From: Deltaproteobacteria bacterium | Lineage (GTDB): Bacteria > Desulfobacterota > GWC2-55-46 | Assembly (NCBI GenBank): GCA_016234935.1 | Contig: JACRNL010000010.1 | Location: forward strand, 276,589-340,588 | DNA length: 64,000 bases | Direction of reading: 5' to 3' | Part shown: positions 1 to 9,213 of the stretch, piece by piece | Numbering within the stretch: the stretch's first letter is position 1 | Layout: every line of letters begins with the position of its first letter | The notes under the pieces: generated by a model | What the model was told of the DNA's origin: nothing | What the model saw: only the letters and a program-made list of their open reading frames with translations | The model's database searches: none | Made by a program: the position numbers and the translations under genes

Positions 1-116
1 CCCTGCGAGGTCTCCTGCCCCTCATGCACCCATGACCCGAAATGCGGCAACGCCAACGACCCGCTCGATAAAAGAGGGGCCGTTATGATACTTGATGAAT
101 GGCTGAAGGAATTCTG
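1..116 (+). CDS. 3' end of a window-truncated ORF with a Cys-rich tail (…[37 protein letters not shown]), function unknown
   Basis: Open frame from window edge to TGA at 114-116. Followed by a GC palindrome (ACGCGCGCGGCGCGT). No recognisable family. Confidence 0.2.
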
Positions 117-180
117 ACGCGCGCGGCGCGTGAACGAATTATCTTTCTACCGCATAACGCGCCGCGGCTTTTCCTGCGGC

Positions 181-717
181 CTACGCCCCGCCCTTCAAAC
201 GCGCTATCTCCTCTTTGGCCTTTATGAGGTCTTCCGTGGTATGCCGGAGCCTCTTTGAAAGCATCTCTGAAAAGACGCGGTAAATGATGTAGAGCAAAGT
301 ATCTCTTTCCTTGGCAGGGAGCCTGTCCACGTAAGAGATGTCCATCTTCAGGCAGTTGCTCTCTTCAACGGCATAGACCGACGCTGAACGCGCGCCAGCG
401 TCGATTATGCACATCTCCCCGAAGACGTCGCCGGTGGAGCTCAGCGTGGCGATTTCCATCCCCTTTTTAACAATTTTAACCTTCCCGGTAAGAAGAAAGT
501 AAATGTGCTGGTCATAGCCGTCTTCCTCGAATATGTTTTCGCCCTCGTAGAAGTGGCTGAGCTTGCATAGACTGATAAGCCCGGTTACGAGATGATCCTC
601 AAGCGAGTCGATTATCGGCAGCATCCTCAGGCTCTGCACGATCACCCTGTTCTCTTTCAGAAAATCGGACTGTTCCACTATACCCGCCCCCCTGTTTTTA
701 TGCGGACATAGTAGCAC
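181..717 (-). CDS. stand-alone cyclic-nucleotide-binding (cNMP/CAP effector) domain protein, no HTH
   Basis: 178-aa ORF with a GTG start. Carries a cNMP-binding beta-roll signature (…TGDVFGEMCIIDAGARSASVYAVE…) and a C-terminal coiled coil, but no DNA-binding domain. Confidence 0.65.
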   Translation of the reverse strand: MLLCPHKNRGAGIVEQSDFLKENRVIVQSLRMLPIIDSLEDHLVTGLISLCKLSHFYEGENIFEEDGYDQHIYFLLTGKVKIVKKGMEIATLSSTGDVFGEMCIIDAGARSASVYAVEESNCLKMDISYVDRLPAKERDTLLYIIYRVFSEMLSKRLRHTTEDLIKAKEEIARLKGGA

Positions 718-1132
718 AAAACGGCAGAAGTTGGTAGGCTAAATTAACGCATGACGGGCTTTTTTGACGGGAAGACCCTTAATGAAAAAGGCATTGACAA
801 GCTGCCGGAAAAATATTAAAGTATACCCTCACAATTGAATATAGAACCTTCCGTGACTGACGGAATCAAGGTGGCAACCACCGGGGATCGGAAGGGTCGT
901 TTTAATGATAAACTGCATGACGGCGCCTGTAAAAGGCGCTGTGCGCGAAGAATAACATACGTGAAAATGCGCGTTCTATCAGCCCCCGCATGCCTGCCCT
1001 CGCACGTTTTAAGCGTGGGCATGAAGCGGGGGGTCAGCCGACCGTCTGGGCAATCGCATGATACCATTCATCGTGTGATTTCGCTCAGGCGGTTTTTTAT
1101 TTTCAACCTTTAAAAGCAGGAGTTCAAGCAAG

Positions 1133-1651
1133 ATGTCCTTCCGCAAGGAAACGGTAAACGTAATGATCGAAATACCCAAAGGCAGCAGGAATAAATACGA
1201 ATACGACAAGGAATCGGGGCATATAAAATTCGACCGCATGCTTTTTTCCTCCGTGCACTATCCGAGCGATTACGGCTTTATCTTCGACACCCTTGCCGAG
1301 GACGGAGACGCGCTCGACGCCCTGGTGCTCGTGTGGGAGCAGACCTTTCCGGGATGCGTCATAGAGGCCAAGCCCGTCGGTCTCTTTAAGATGTGGGATG
1401 AAAAGGGGCCTGACGCGAAGATACTGTGCGTGCCCGTCAAGGACCCGTTCTGGAACTATATAGAAAAGCTCTCCGACGTGCCGCCGCATCTGCTGAAGGA
1501 AATAGAGCATTTTTTCACCATCTACAAGGAACTGGAAGAAAAAAAGACCGGCGTTGAAGGCTGGGAAGACCGCGAACATGCCGTCAAGGTAATAAAAGAA
1601 TCCCGTGACCGTTACAAAAAATCCCTGACGTCGAAACGGAGGAAAAAATGA
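1133..1651 (+). CDS. ppa: inorganic pyrophosphatase (family I)
   Basis: 172 aa with PPase motifs (…EIPKGSRNKYEYDKESG…, DGDALDALVL). Its stop overlaps the pntAA start (ATGA). Confidence 0.9.
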   Translation: MSFRKETVNVMIEIPKGSRNKYEYDKESGHIKFDRMLFSSVHYPSDYGFIFDTLAEDGDALDALVLVWEQTFPGCVIEAKPVGLFKMWDEKGPDAKILCVPVKDPFWNYIEKLSDVPPHLLKEIEHFFTIYKELEEKKTGVEGWEDREHAVKVIKESRDRYKKSLTSKRRKK

Positions 1652-2772
1652 AGATTGCGGTATTAAAAGAGACGGCGCCTTACGAGAGAAGGGTTGCCGC
1701 CGTGCCGGAGACCATCGCAAAATTAGTCAAGTCAGGGGCGGAGGTGATAGTGGAATCCGGCGCCGGAAAAGAGTCTTTTATTGAAGACCAGGACTTCGAG
1801 GCCGTCGGTGCGCGGATTGAGCCCGGCACAAAGGCCGCCCTTGCCGGCGCTGACATCGTAATAAAAGTTAACAAACCCACGGACGCCGAGATCGACTCCA
1901 TGAAAAGCGGCGCCGTATTCATGGGCTTTATGAGCGCGTTTACAAGCCCCGATACGGTCAAAAGGCTGGCTGAGAAGAATATCACCTCGCTGGCGATGGA
2001 AATGGTCCCCCGCATAACAAGGGCGCAGAGGATGGACGCCCTTTCCACCATGAGCACCATTGCCGGATACAAGGCCGTCCTTATCGCGGCAACGGCCTGC
2101 GGAAGGTTCATGCCTATGCTCACCACCGCGGTAGGCACAGTCCCTCCGGCAAAGGCCATCGTCATCGGAGTGGGCGTTGCCGGACTCCAGGCCATCGCTA
2201 CGGCAAGGCGAATCGGCGCGGTCGTAACGGCCTTTGACACAAGGCCCGCCGCCGGAGAGCAGGCAAAAAGCCTCGGCGCGGACTTCGTGGCAATGGACGT
2301 TGACCACAGCCATGCCGAAGACGCCGGCGGATACGCCAGGGAGCAGAGCGCGGACTTCTACAAGCAGGAGCAGGAGCTTATCCGCAAATACTCGAAGGAC
2401 GCGGATATCATTATCACCACGGCCCTCATCCCTGGAAAGCCGGCGCCGGTGCTCATCACGGAGGAGATGGTCAAGGAGATGAAACCCGGCTCCGTCATAG
2501 TTGACCTGGCGGTGGAACAGGGCGGGAACTGCCCCATTTCAGAGGCCGGAAAGCAGGTTATCAAACACAGGGTCATACTCGTCGGGCAATTGAATCTTCC
2601 GAGCACGCTCCCTGTGCACGCGAGCCTTCTTTACGCGAAAAACATCCTCGCGTTCCTCAACCTCATACTGCCGGACGGAAAGACGCTTAAAGTAGACCCC
2701 GCCGACGATATAATAAAGGGTTCGATGATAACGCACGACGGGCAGATAACGCATCCTGCCCTGAAGAAATAA
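1648..2772 (+). CDS. pntAA: NAD(P) transhydrogenase subunit alpha part 1 (dI, AlaDH/PNT fold)
   Basis: 374 aa. N-terminus MKIAVLKETAPYERRVAAVPE plus a GVGVAGLQAIATARRIGA Rossmann motif. GGAGG RBS. Confidence 0.9.
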   Translation: MKIAVLKETAPYERRVAAVPETIAKLVKSGAEVIVESGAGKESFIEDQDFEAVGARIEPGTKAALAGADIVIKVNKPTDAEIDSMKSGAVFMGFMSAFTSPDTVKRLAEKNITSLAMEMVPRITRAQRMDALSTMSTIAGYKAVLIAATACGRFMPMLTTAVGTVPPAKAIVIGVGVAGLQAIATARRIGAVVTAFDTRPAAGEQAKSLGADFVAMDVDHSHAEDAGGYAREQSADFYKQEQELIRKYSKDADIIITTALIPGKPAPVLITEEMVKEMKPGSVIVDLAVEQGGNCPISEAGKQVIKHRVILVGQLNLPSTLPVHASLLYAKNILAFLNLILPDGKTLKVDPADDIIKGSMITHDGQITHPALKK

Positions 2773-2854
2773 TGCCTTTTTTAATAAAGCTGAAAGCGGG
2801 CTTGCCGCCCCGAAAGATTTTTTAAAGCAGCAGTAAAAAAGAAGGAGGCTACAT

Positions 2855-3148
2855 ATGGTTGGATATTCAACGTTAATGCCGGAGCTGTACGTCTTCATAC
2901 TTGCCGCATTCGTAGGCTATATGGTCATTACGCGGGTCCCTCCGCTCCTGCACACGCCGCTCATGTCGGCCACCAACGCGATTTCGGCCATATCGGTCGT
3001 AGGCGCGATATTGGTCGCCGGCAGCGCCAACAGCCTGGTAACAAAGATACTCGGCACCATTGCCGTGGCCGCGGCCATGTCAAACGTGGTTGGCGGATTC
3101 ATCCTCACCGACCGCATGCTTAAGATGTTTAAGAAGGAGAAACGTTAA
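2855..3148 (+). CDS. pntAB: NAD(P) transhydrogenase subunit alpha part 2 (membrane dII helices)
   Basis: 97-aa hydrophobic protein between pntAA and pntB. GGAGG RBS. Its stop overlaps the pntB ATG. Confidence 0.85.
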   Translation: MVGYSTLMPELYVFILAAFVGYMVITRVPPLLHTPLMSATNAISAISVVGAILVAGSANSLVTKILGTIAVAAAMSNVVGGFILTDRMLKMFKKEKR

Positions 3149-5172
3149 TGCTGCAAACATACTTCGTGGATGTTTCATACCTTGTAGCATCGGTTCTTTT
3201 CGTATTGTGCCTCAAGTTCCTGAACTCGCCTGAGACCGCCAGAAAGGGCGTCCTGCTCGGTGAAATAGGAATGGCCCTTGCCATCATAGGCACGCTTATC
3301 AACCATGAGATCATCACCTACGAGTGGATCATCATAGGCCTCTTTATCGGTTCCATCATAGGCATAGCCATAGCCGTATGGACGCCGATGACGCACATGC
3401 CCCAGCGGACGGCGCTTTCACACGCATTCGGCGCCCTGGCGGTGACCCTCGTCGGAATAGCGGAATTTTACAAACACGGCGCGGACCTCGGCACCATCAA
3501 GACCGCCGCGATAGGCTTTGAGTGCCTTCTCGGCGCGTTGACATTCACCGGCTCCATGCAGGCCTTTTTCAAACTGCAGGAGTGGATGCGCGGCGCGCCA
3601 ATCACCTTCAAGGGCCAGAACGCCCTGAATATGGCCATCCTTGCGGGCATGATCGGGCTTCTCGGCTACATCATCTACGACCCGACCGCTTCATGGGCCT
3701 TTTACCTGATGGTCGCCCTGGGCTTTGCCTTCGGCGTCCTCCTCGTCCTGCCGATAGGCGCGGCGGACATGCCGGTCGTTATTTCTCTTTTAAACTCCTA
3801 CGCGGGACTTGCCGGCTCCGCGACCGGATTCGTGCTTTCAAACAACGTCCTCATCATCGCCGGCGCGCTTGACGGGGCATCCGGAGTCATCCTTTCCATC
3901 ATCATGTGCAAGGCCATGAACAGGTCGATGGCCAACGTCCTTTTCGGCGCATTCGGCTCAAGCACGGCGGGAGCGGCGGCGCCCAAAGTGACTATGCCGT
4001 CTCCAGCCGCCGCATCAGCCGCTCAAGCAGCCCCAACAGGCCCGGTCATAAAGAAACTTACGCCTGAGCAGGCCGGTGGCCTTTTCAAGAACAGGTCCAA
4101 GTCCGTCATAGTCGTGCCCGGCTACGGCATGGCCGCCGCGCAGGCCCAGCACGCCGTCAGGGACCTCGGCGACCAGTTAAAGACCCTCGGCATATCCGTC
4201 AAATACGCCATACACCCCGTAGCGGGCAGGATGCCCGGCCACATGAACGTCCTTCTGGCCGAGGCTAACGTCCCATACACCGACCTCTTTGATATGGAGG
4301 ACATAAACGAGGAGTTCGAGCATACCGACGTAGCCCTTGTTATCGGCGCCAACGACGTCACGAACCCGGCGGCAAGGAACAACGAGCAGTCACCGATATA
4401 CGGTATGCCGATACTGAACGTGGACAAAGCCAGGACCGTCATCGTCTGCAAGCGCTCCATGAGCCCTGGCTTTGCCGGAATAGACAACGAGCTGTATCTC
4501 ATGCCGCAGACCTACATGCTCTTTGGCGACGCCAAGGGTTCCATCGGCAAGCTCGTTGACTCGATAAAGAGCGGCAACGTTGAAGACGTCCCGGTTGAAG
4601 CGCCCGCGGCGGCTGCCGTGACCGGCGGCGGCCCCGCCGTAAAACAGCTCAGCGCCGAACAGGCCTGCGAACTTTTCTCGAAGAAGGCCAAGCGCGTCAT
4701 CATAGTGCCCGGCTACGGCATGGCCGCGGCGCAGGCACAGCATGCGGTCAGGGACCTCGGCGATCTGCTCAAATCAATGGGCGTCAAGGTGAAGTACGCC
4801 ATCCACCCTGTCGCCGGCAGGATGCCCGGCCACATGAACGTACTTCTGGCCGAGGCCAACGTCCCCTACACCGACCTCTTTGACATGGAGGACATAAACG
4901 ACGAGTTCGGAGAAGCCGACGTGGCGCTCGTTGTCGGGGCAAACGACGTCACCAACCCGGCGGCGAAAACCAACCCGCAATCGCCCATCTACGGCATGCC
5001 CATACTCGACGTTGAGCTTGCAAAGACCGTCATCGTGTGCAAACGCTCCATGAAGCCCGGTTTCGCAGGCATTGACAACGACCTGTATCTGATGCCGCAG
5101 ACCTACATGTACTTCGGCGACGCAAAGACATCCATCGGCAAACTTGTTGACGCGATGAAGGCGGCAAAGTAG
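3148..5172 (+). CDS. pntB: NAD(P) transhydrogenase subunit beta with a tandemly duplicated C-terminal NADP(H)-binding dIII domain
   Basis: 674 aa against ~460 expected. The block VIVVPGYGMAAAQAQHAVRDLGD…YLMPQTYM.FGDAK.SIGKLVD occurs twice (aa ~300-470 and ~500-674), at ~85% nt identity between the two copies. Confidence 0.85.
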   Translation: MLQTYFVDVSYLVASVLFVLCLKFLNSPETARKGVLLGEIGMALAIIGTLINHEIITYEWIIIGLFIGSIIGIAIAVWTPMTHMPQRTALSHAFGALAVTLVGIAEFYKHGADLGTIKTAAIGFECLLGALTFTGSMQAFFKLQEWMRGAPITFKGQNALNMAILAGMIGLLGYIIYDPTASWAFYLMVALGFAFGVLLVLPIGAADMPVVISLLNSYAGLAGSATGFVLSNNVLIIAGALDGASGVILSIIMCKAMNRSMANVLFGAFGSSTAGAAAPKVTMPSPAAASAAQAAPTGPVIKKLTPEQAGGLFKNRSKSVIVVPGYGMAAAQAQHAVRDLGDQLKTLGISVKYAIHPVAGRMPGHMNVLLAEANVPYTDLFDMEDINEEFEHTDVALVIGANDVTNPAARNNEQSPIYGMPILNVDKARTVIVCKRSMSPGFAGIDNELYLMPQTYMLFGDAKGSIGKLVDSIKSGNVEDVPVEAPAAAAVTGGGPAVKQLSAEQACELFSKKAKRVIIVPGYGMAAAQAQHAVRDLGDLLKSMGVKVKYAIHPVAGRMPGHMNVLLAEANVPYTDLFDMEDINDEFGEADVALVVGANDVTNPAAKTNPQSPIYGMPILDVELAKTVIVCKRSMKPGFAGIDNDLYLMPQTYMYFGDAKTSIGKLVDAMKAAK

Positions 5173-5196
5173 CAAATTACTCTCAGACGCTTGAAA

Positions 5197-5235
5197 AACG
5201 CCCTACCCGCGGCTTCGCGGATAGGGCGTTTTTTT
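5197..5235. terminator. bidirectional intrinsic terminator between pntB (+) and the rhodanese gene (-)
   Basis: AAAAACGCCCTACCCGCGGCTTCGCGGATAGGGCGTTTTTTT: a 13-bp stem with A-run and T-run flanks. Confidence 0.55.
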
Positions 5236-5585
5236 CATTTCCCTGCAAGGGGATAACCGGCATTGACCCAGGCGTCAAGCCCGCCAATAAGCGCGCTTAC
5301 GGCCCTGAACCTTTTACCAAGAAGTATCCGCGCCGCACGGGCGCTGGAGTGTTCATCCATTCAGGTGCAGTAAGCTGCGACCTCTTTGTCCGGATCAAGC
5401 TCGCCCGCCCTCTTCTCCAGCTCGTCAAGCGGTATCCGCACGGCATTGATTATTTTCACCCGGCTTGCGGCATAATCCGCAGGGCTTCTTACGTCAAGCA
5501 AAACCACATCTTCGCCTGCGTCAAGCCTTCTTTTCAGCTCTTTTCCGGTGATCCTTGGGGCCTTCATGGAAATCACTCCTTTCAT
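5235..5585 (-). CDS. single-domain rhodanese-like sulfurtransferase with an in-frame TGA (candidate selenocysteine) at 5361-5363; alternatively a nonsense-disrupted gene
   Basis: The 74-aa ORF ends …EVAAYCT-TGA. Translation continues in-frame as MDEHSSARAARILLGKRFRAVSALIGGLDAWVNAGYPLAGK to TGA at 5235-5237. Aligned to GlpE (…[20 protein letters not shown]…GGFEAW), the TGA falls exactly on the catalytic Cys column. A hairpin CAGCGCC-CGUGC-GGCGCGG starts ~14 nt downstream of the UGA. Confidence 0.45.
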
Positions 5586-5586
5586 G

Positions 5587-6183
5587 TCACGTCTGCGCTG
5601 TTTTAAAGTCGCGCAGGGTTGCCGTTAGCGCGCCATTTTCGCGCATCGTTTCAATCGCACGGATGGAATCGCCGGGGGAAATGTCCACGCCTTTGACGGC
5701 GTCGGTAAGAAGACAGACTTCAAAGCCCTCACGGATGGCGTCAATGACGGTTTCCTTGACGCAGTAATCCGTCGCCAACCCGCCGACGAATATGCGCGTC
5801 ACCCCTTGGGCGCGAAGCGCCTCGGCAAGTCCCCTGCCGCCCGCGTCCTTGCCCTGAAACCCTGAATAGCTGTCCTCGTCCTTTCCAGCGCCCTTGGTAA
5901 TGATGACGGTATCGTGCGGGAGTTTTAACGCAGGATGAAACTTGGCGCCGTGCGTGCCCTGCACGCAGTGAGGAGGCCATTTACCGCCCTGCTCCCTGAA
6001 ATGAACGGTTTTCGAAGGATGCCAATCCCGCGTGGCGTATATCGCATGGCCGGCCTTTTTAAAGACCGAAATATACACGTTAAGCGCCGCCGCGACCTCG
6101 CCGCCGTCAGTCACCGGCAGCGACCCGCCGGGACAAAAATCGTTTTGCACGTCCACAATGACGAGCGCGCTCACTGTCTTCAT
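5587..6183 (-). CDS. pncA: isochorismatase-family hydrolase, nicotinamidase/pyrazinamidase-like
   Basis: MKTVSALVIVDVQNDFCPGGSLPV… carries the Asp-Lys-Cys triad motifs of PncA. Start taken at the ATG with an AGAGG RBS (the ORF track extends 53 codons further). Adjacent to and co-directional with the rhodanese gene. Confidence 0.8.
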   Translation of the reverse strand: MKTVSALVIVDVQNDFCPGGSLPVTDGGEVAAALNVYISVFKKAGHAIYATRDWHPSKTVHFREQGGKWPPHCVQGTHGAKFHPALKLPHDTVIITKGAGKDEDSYSGFQGKDAGGRGLAEALRAQGVTRIFVGGLATDYCVKETVIDAIREGFEVCLLTDAVKGVDISPGDSIRAIETMRENGALTATLRDFKTAQT

Positions 6184-6368
6184 TATCATCACCTCTGCTG
6201 CTTTAAGGCTATCATCTTTTGACGGCCTGTCAATTACGGCCGCAGCGGGACATGAAACAGGCCAAAATAGGAGAGGTAACGTCAAATATTTTGTGTCTGA
6301 TTGACGGTTGCAAAAATTACCGAGTTGGTTTATCTTATACAAATTAAAGCGTTTCGGAGGTTCGCATA

Positions 6369-9119
6369 ATGAACGGCTTGAGGAGCTTGGTCGTTTTCAT
6401 CGCAGCCCTGTTTTTTATTATCAATATCAACGCGGATGCGGCCCAGGCAAATAGAAAAAAGCTCGACCCTAAAGCAAAAGCCGCGATTACGCGTCTAAAG
6501 ACCGCCAGGCTGAACCCGCGCGCCAATGCGCCGAAAAAGCAAAACAAACAAGCCGCCGTTCAAAAAGGCGGCGCGTACAAAACAAAACTTCCAAACGGCC
6601 TGACGGTGATAATCGAAGAAAACCCATCGGCCCCCGTAGTGGCCATTGAGACGTGGGTGCGCGTCGGAAGCGCGGATGAAACCGAAGCTGAGGCAGGGCT
6701 TTCACACGTATTCGAGCATATGCTTTTTAAAGGCACATCAAAAAGAAAGGTCGGGGAAATAGCCGGGGTCATAGAGTCGCTCGGCGGCGGCATAAACGCC
6801 TTCACATCCTACGACAACACCGTCTATCACCTTACCGTGCCGTCGCGCCACTTCCTTACCGGGCTTGACGTCATGAGCGACGCCCTTCGGAACTCGTCCT
6901 TCGACCCGGCGGAGCTTGCCAGGGAGCTTCAGGTGGTGCTCGAAGAACTGCGCATGAACGAGGACAGCCCCGGCAGGAGCCTTTACAAAAACCTCTTTGA
7001 CGCGGCTTACCAAGCGCATCCTTACAAAAGACCGGTCATCGGATACGAAAAGGTCATACTCGGCCTCACGCGGGAGGAGATACTCGCCTTCTTCAAAAGA
7101 TGGTACGTCCCCAACAACATGACGCTCGTTGTCGCGGGCGACGTTGACAGGGACAGCGCTCTTGCCGCCATAAAAGAGGCGTTCAAGGAGTTTAAAAGCG
7201 GCCCTGACCAGCACAGGAAGCGGCCCGTCGAGCCGCCGCAAAACGGCGTAAAAACGCGGATAATCACACAGGACGTCATCGAGCCCCATCTGGGGATCGC
7301 TTACCACATACCTGAATTAAAAAACGCGGACACGTATGCTATTGACGTGGCCGCCGGCATACTCGGCGACGGCGCAAGCTCAAGGCTTTATGCCGATCTC
7401 CGCGCGCGGAAGGCGCTTGTCCACTCCATCTCGGCATACGCCATGACGCCTAAGGAACCGGGCCTGTTCTTCATTACGGCGACGCTTGACGCAAAGAACA
7501 TCGCCGAGGCCGCGCCGCGGATACTCTATGCCGTAAAACGGCTCGGCATCACGGGCCCAAGCCCTGACGAACTCGAAAAGGTGAAGACCAACCTTGAGAG
7601 CTCCTTTATCTACGGCAGGGAAACGATGGAGGGCATCGCGGACAAGCTCGGCTACTACGAGACCATCTCCGGCGACATGAACTACGAAAGAAAATACATC
7701 GAGAATATCCGCAAAGTCACCACCGAGGACGTCGCGCGCGTGGTCAATAAATATCTTGTCGACGGCAACATGACATTTGCGGCAATCCTTCCCAAAGCGA
7801 GCAAAGACGCGCTCACGCAGGAAGGCGTCTTAAGCTACGCAAAGCAGGCCAACGACATGGCCGCAAAAGAGGCCCTGCAGTTCAAGGAGACCGCCGCCGT
7901 TACGAAAGTGATCCTCGAAAACGGCGCGACGCTCATCGTGAAGGAAGTCCACTCAAATCCGACGGTCGCCGTTTACGCCACGTTCCCCGGCGGTCTCAGG
8001 CACGAGACGTCTTCCACCAACGGCATAGGCGCTTTCACGGCGCAGATGCTCACGCGCGGCACGAAGACAAGGACGAGAGAGACCCTGGCAAGGGAGCTTG
8101 ACGAACTGGCCGGCGGCGTGTCCGGCTTCTCCGGATGGAACACCACAGGCGCCTCAGGGAAGTTCCTGTCCTCCAGCTTCAACAGGGGCTTTGAGATATT
8201 CGCCGACGTCGTCATGAACCCTGCCTTCAGCGGCGATGAAATAGAAAAACTGAAAAGCGACGTCAATGCCGCAATCCTTGCGCAGGAGGACAATCTGCCG
8301 GCCTACACCTTCAAGCTCCTTTACAGGAGCCTCTTCAAAAAGCATCCTTACGGCATGCCGACGATTGGCTCGACCGAGACGGTCTCTTCGTTCAAGAGGG
8401 AGGATGCCATTAAGCATTATGAGGCATTCTTCGCGCCGGAGAGGATGGTCATAACCATCGTCGGCGACGTAAAAACCCCTTTTGTCATTGAAAAGGCGCG
8501 CTCGCTTTTCAAGGGGTTCAAAAGAAGCGGCGGGCTACTCATCAAGCCGCTCATCGAGGAGAGGCCGAATGGAATAAGCTTTACCGGCGCTACAAAACAA
8601 AAGGCGCAAATAAACATCGGCATCGGCTTTCAGGGGACATACATCGGCAGCGCGGACAGCTACCCGCTGGATGTCATGACGGAAGTCCTCGCGGGCCAGG
8701 GCGGACGGCTGTTTGTAAACCTGCGCGATAAAGAGAGTCTCGCCTATTCCGTCAGCGCGTTCTCAAAGAAAGGCGCTGACCCGGGCATAATCGGCTTTTA
8801 CATAGGCGCGGCCCCGTCCAAGAAGGACGCCGCCATCAAAGGCATCATGAACGAACTGACAAAGATACTCTCGGAAAAGGTCACGGACGCGGAACTCAGC
8901 AGGGCGAAAAACTCTCTGATAGGCGGCTACGAAATAGGCTTGCAGGAGGTGTCTGCTCAGTCCGCCGACATGGCCAATAATGAAATCTACGGCCTTGGCT
9001 ACGCATTCAGCAAGACATACCCTAAAAAGATAGAGGCCGTCACGGCGGACGACGTGCAGAGCGCCGCGAGAAAATACCTGATACTGGACGCCTACACAAT
9101 ATCCATCGTGGGGCCGTAG
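6369..9119 (+). CDS. secreted two-unit M16-family zinc metallopeptidase (pitrilysin-like)
   Basis: 916 aa with a signal peptide and the inverted zinc motif HVFEHMLFKGT. Two M16 / M16_C halves. GGAGG RBS. Confidence 0.85.
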   Translation: MNGLRSLVVFIAALFFIININADAAQANRKKLDPKAKAAITRLKTARLNPRANAPKKQNKQAAVQKGGAYKTKLPNGLTVIIEENPSAPVVAIETWVRVGSADETEAEAGLSHVFEHMLFKGTSKRKVGEIAGVIESLGGGINAFTSYDNTVYHLTVPSRHFLTGLDVMSDALRNSSFDPAELARELQVVLEELRMNEDSPGRSLYKNLFDAAYQAHPYKRPVIGYEKVILGLTREEILAFFKRWYVPNNMTLVVAGDVDRDSALAAIKEAFKEFKSGPDQHRKRPVEPPQNGVKTRIITQDVIEPHLGIAYHIPELKNADTYAIDVAAGILGDGASSRLYADLRARKALVHSISAYAMTPKEPGLFFITATLDAKNIAEAAPRILYAVKRLGITGPSPDELEKVKTNLESSFIYGRETMEGIADKLGYYETISGDMNYERKYIENIRKVTTEDVARVVNKYLVDGNMTFAAILPKASKDALTQEGVLSYAKQANDMAAKEALQFKETAAVTKVILENGATLIVKEVHSNPTVAVYATFPGGLRHETSSTNGIGAFTAQMLTRGTKTRTRETLARELDELAGGVSGFSGWNTTGASGKFLSSSFNRGFEIFADVVMNPAFSGDEIEKLKSDVNAAILAQEDNLPAYTFKLLYRSLFKKHPYGMPTIGSTETVSSFKREDAIKHYEAFFAPERMVITIVGDVKTPFVIEKARSLFKGFKRSGGLLIKPLIEERPNGISFTGATKQKAQINIGIGFQGTYIGSADSYPLDVMTEVLAGQGGRLFVNLRDKESLAYSVSAFSKKGADPGIIGFYIGAAPSKKDAAIKGIMNELTKILSEKVTDAELSRAKNSLIGGYEIGLQEVSAQSADMANNEIYGLGYAFSKTYPKKIEAVTADDVQSAARKYLILDAYTISIVGP

Positions 9120-9139
9120 GAAATTTTTCATCCGTCTTA

Positions 9140-9195
9140 AAAAAGCGGGCAGACGCCTTTGAACCTGCAGGGTGTCTGCCCGCGCTGTTTTGTGA
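9140..9195. terminator. bidirectional terminator between the convergent M16 and sppA genes
   Basis: GCGGGCAGACgcctttgaacctgcaggGTGTCTGCCCGC (10-bp stem) followed by GCTGTTTTGTG. Confidence 0.5.
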
Positions 9196-9213
9196 ATCGC
9201 ATCCTTTAAATAA

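Noticed and set aside
816-1239. Small ORFs 816..1067 (-), 835..1113 (+), 1009..1239 (-) between the cNMP-binding gene and ppa
   Set aside because: They lie in a REP-containing intergenic/promoter region. They have no RBS or homology, and they overlap one another.
1680-2313. Long antisense ORFs (1680..2240, 1732..2313 minus) inside pntAA
   Set aside because: Typical GC-rich antisense open frames. No homology signal, and they overlap a strongly supported gene.
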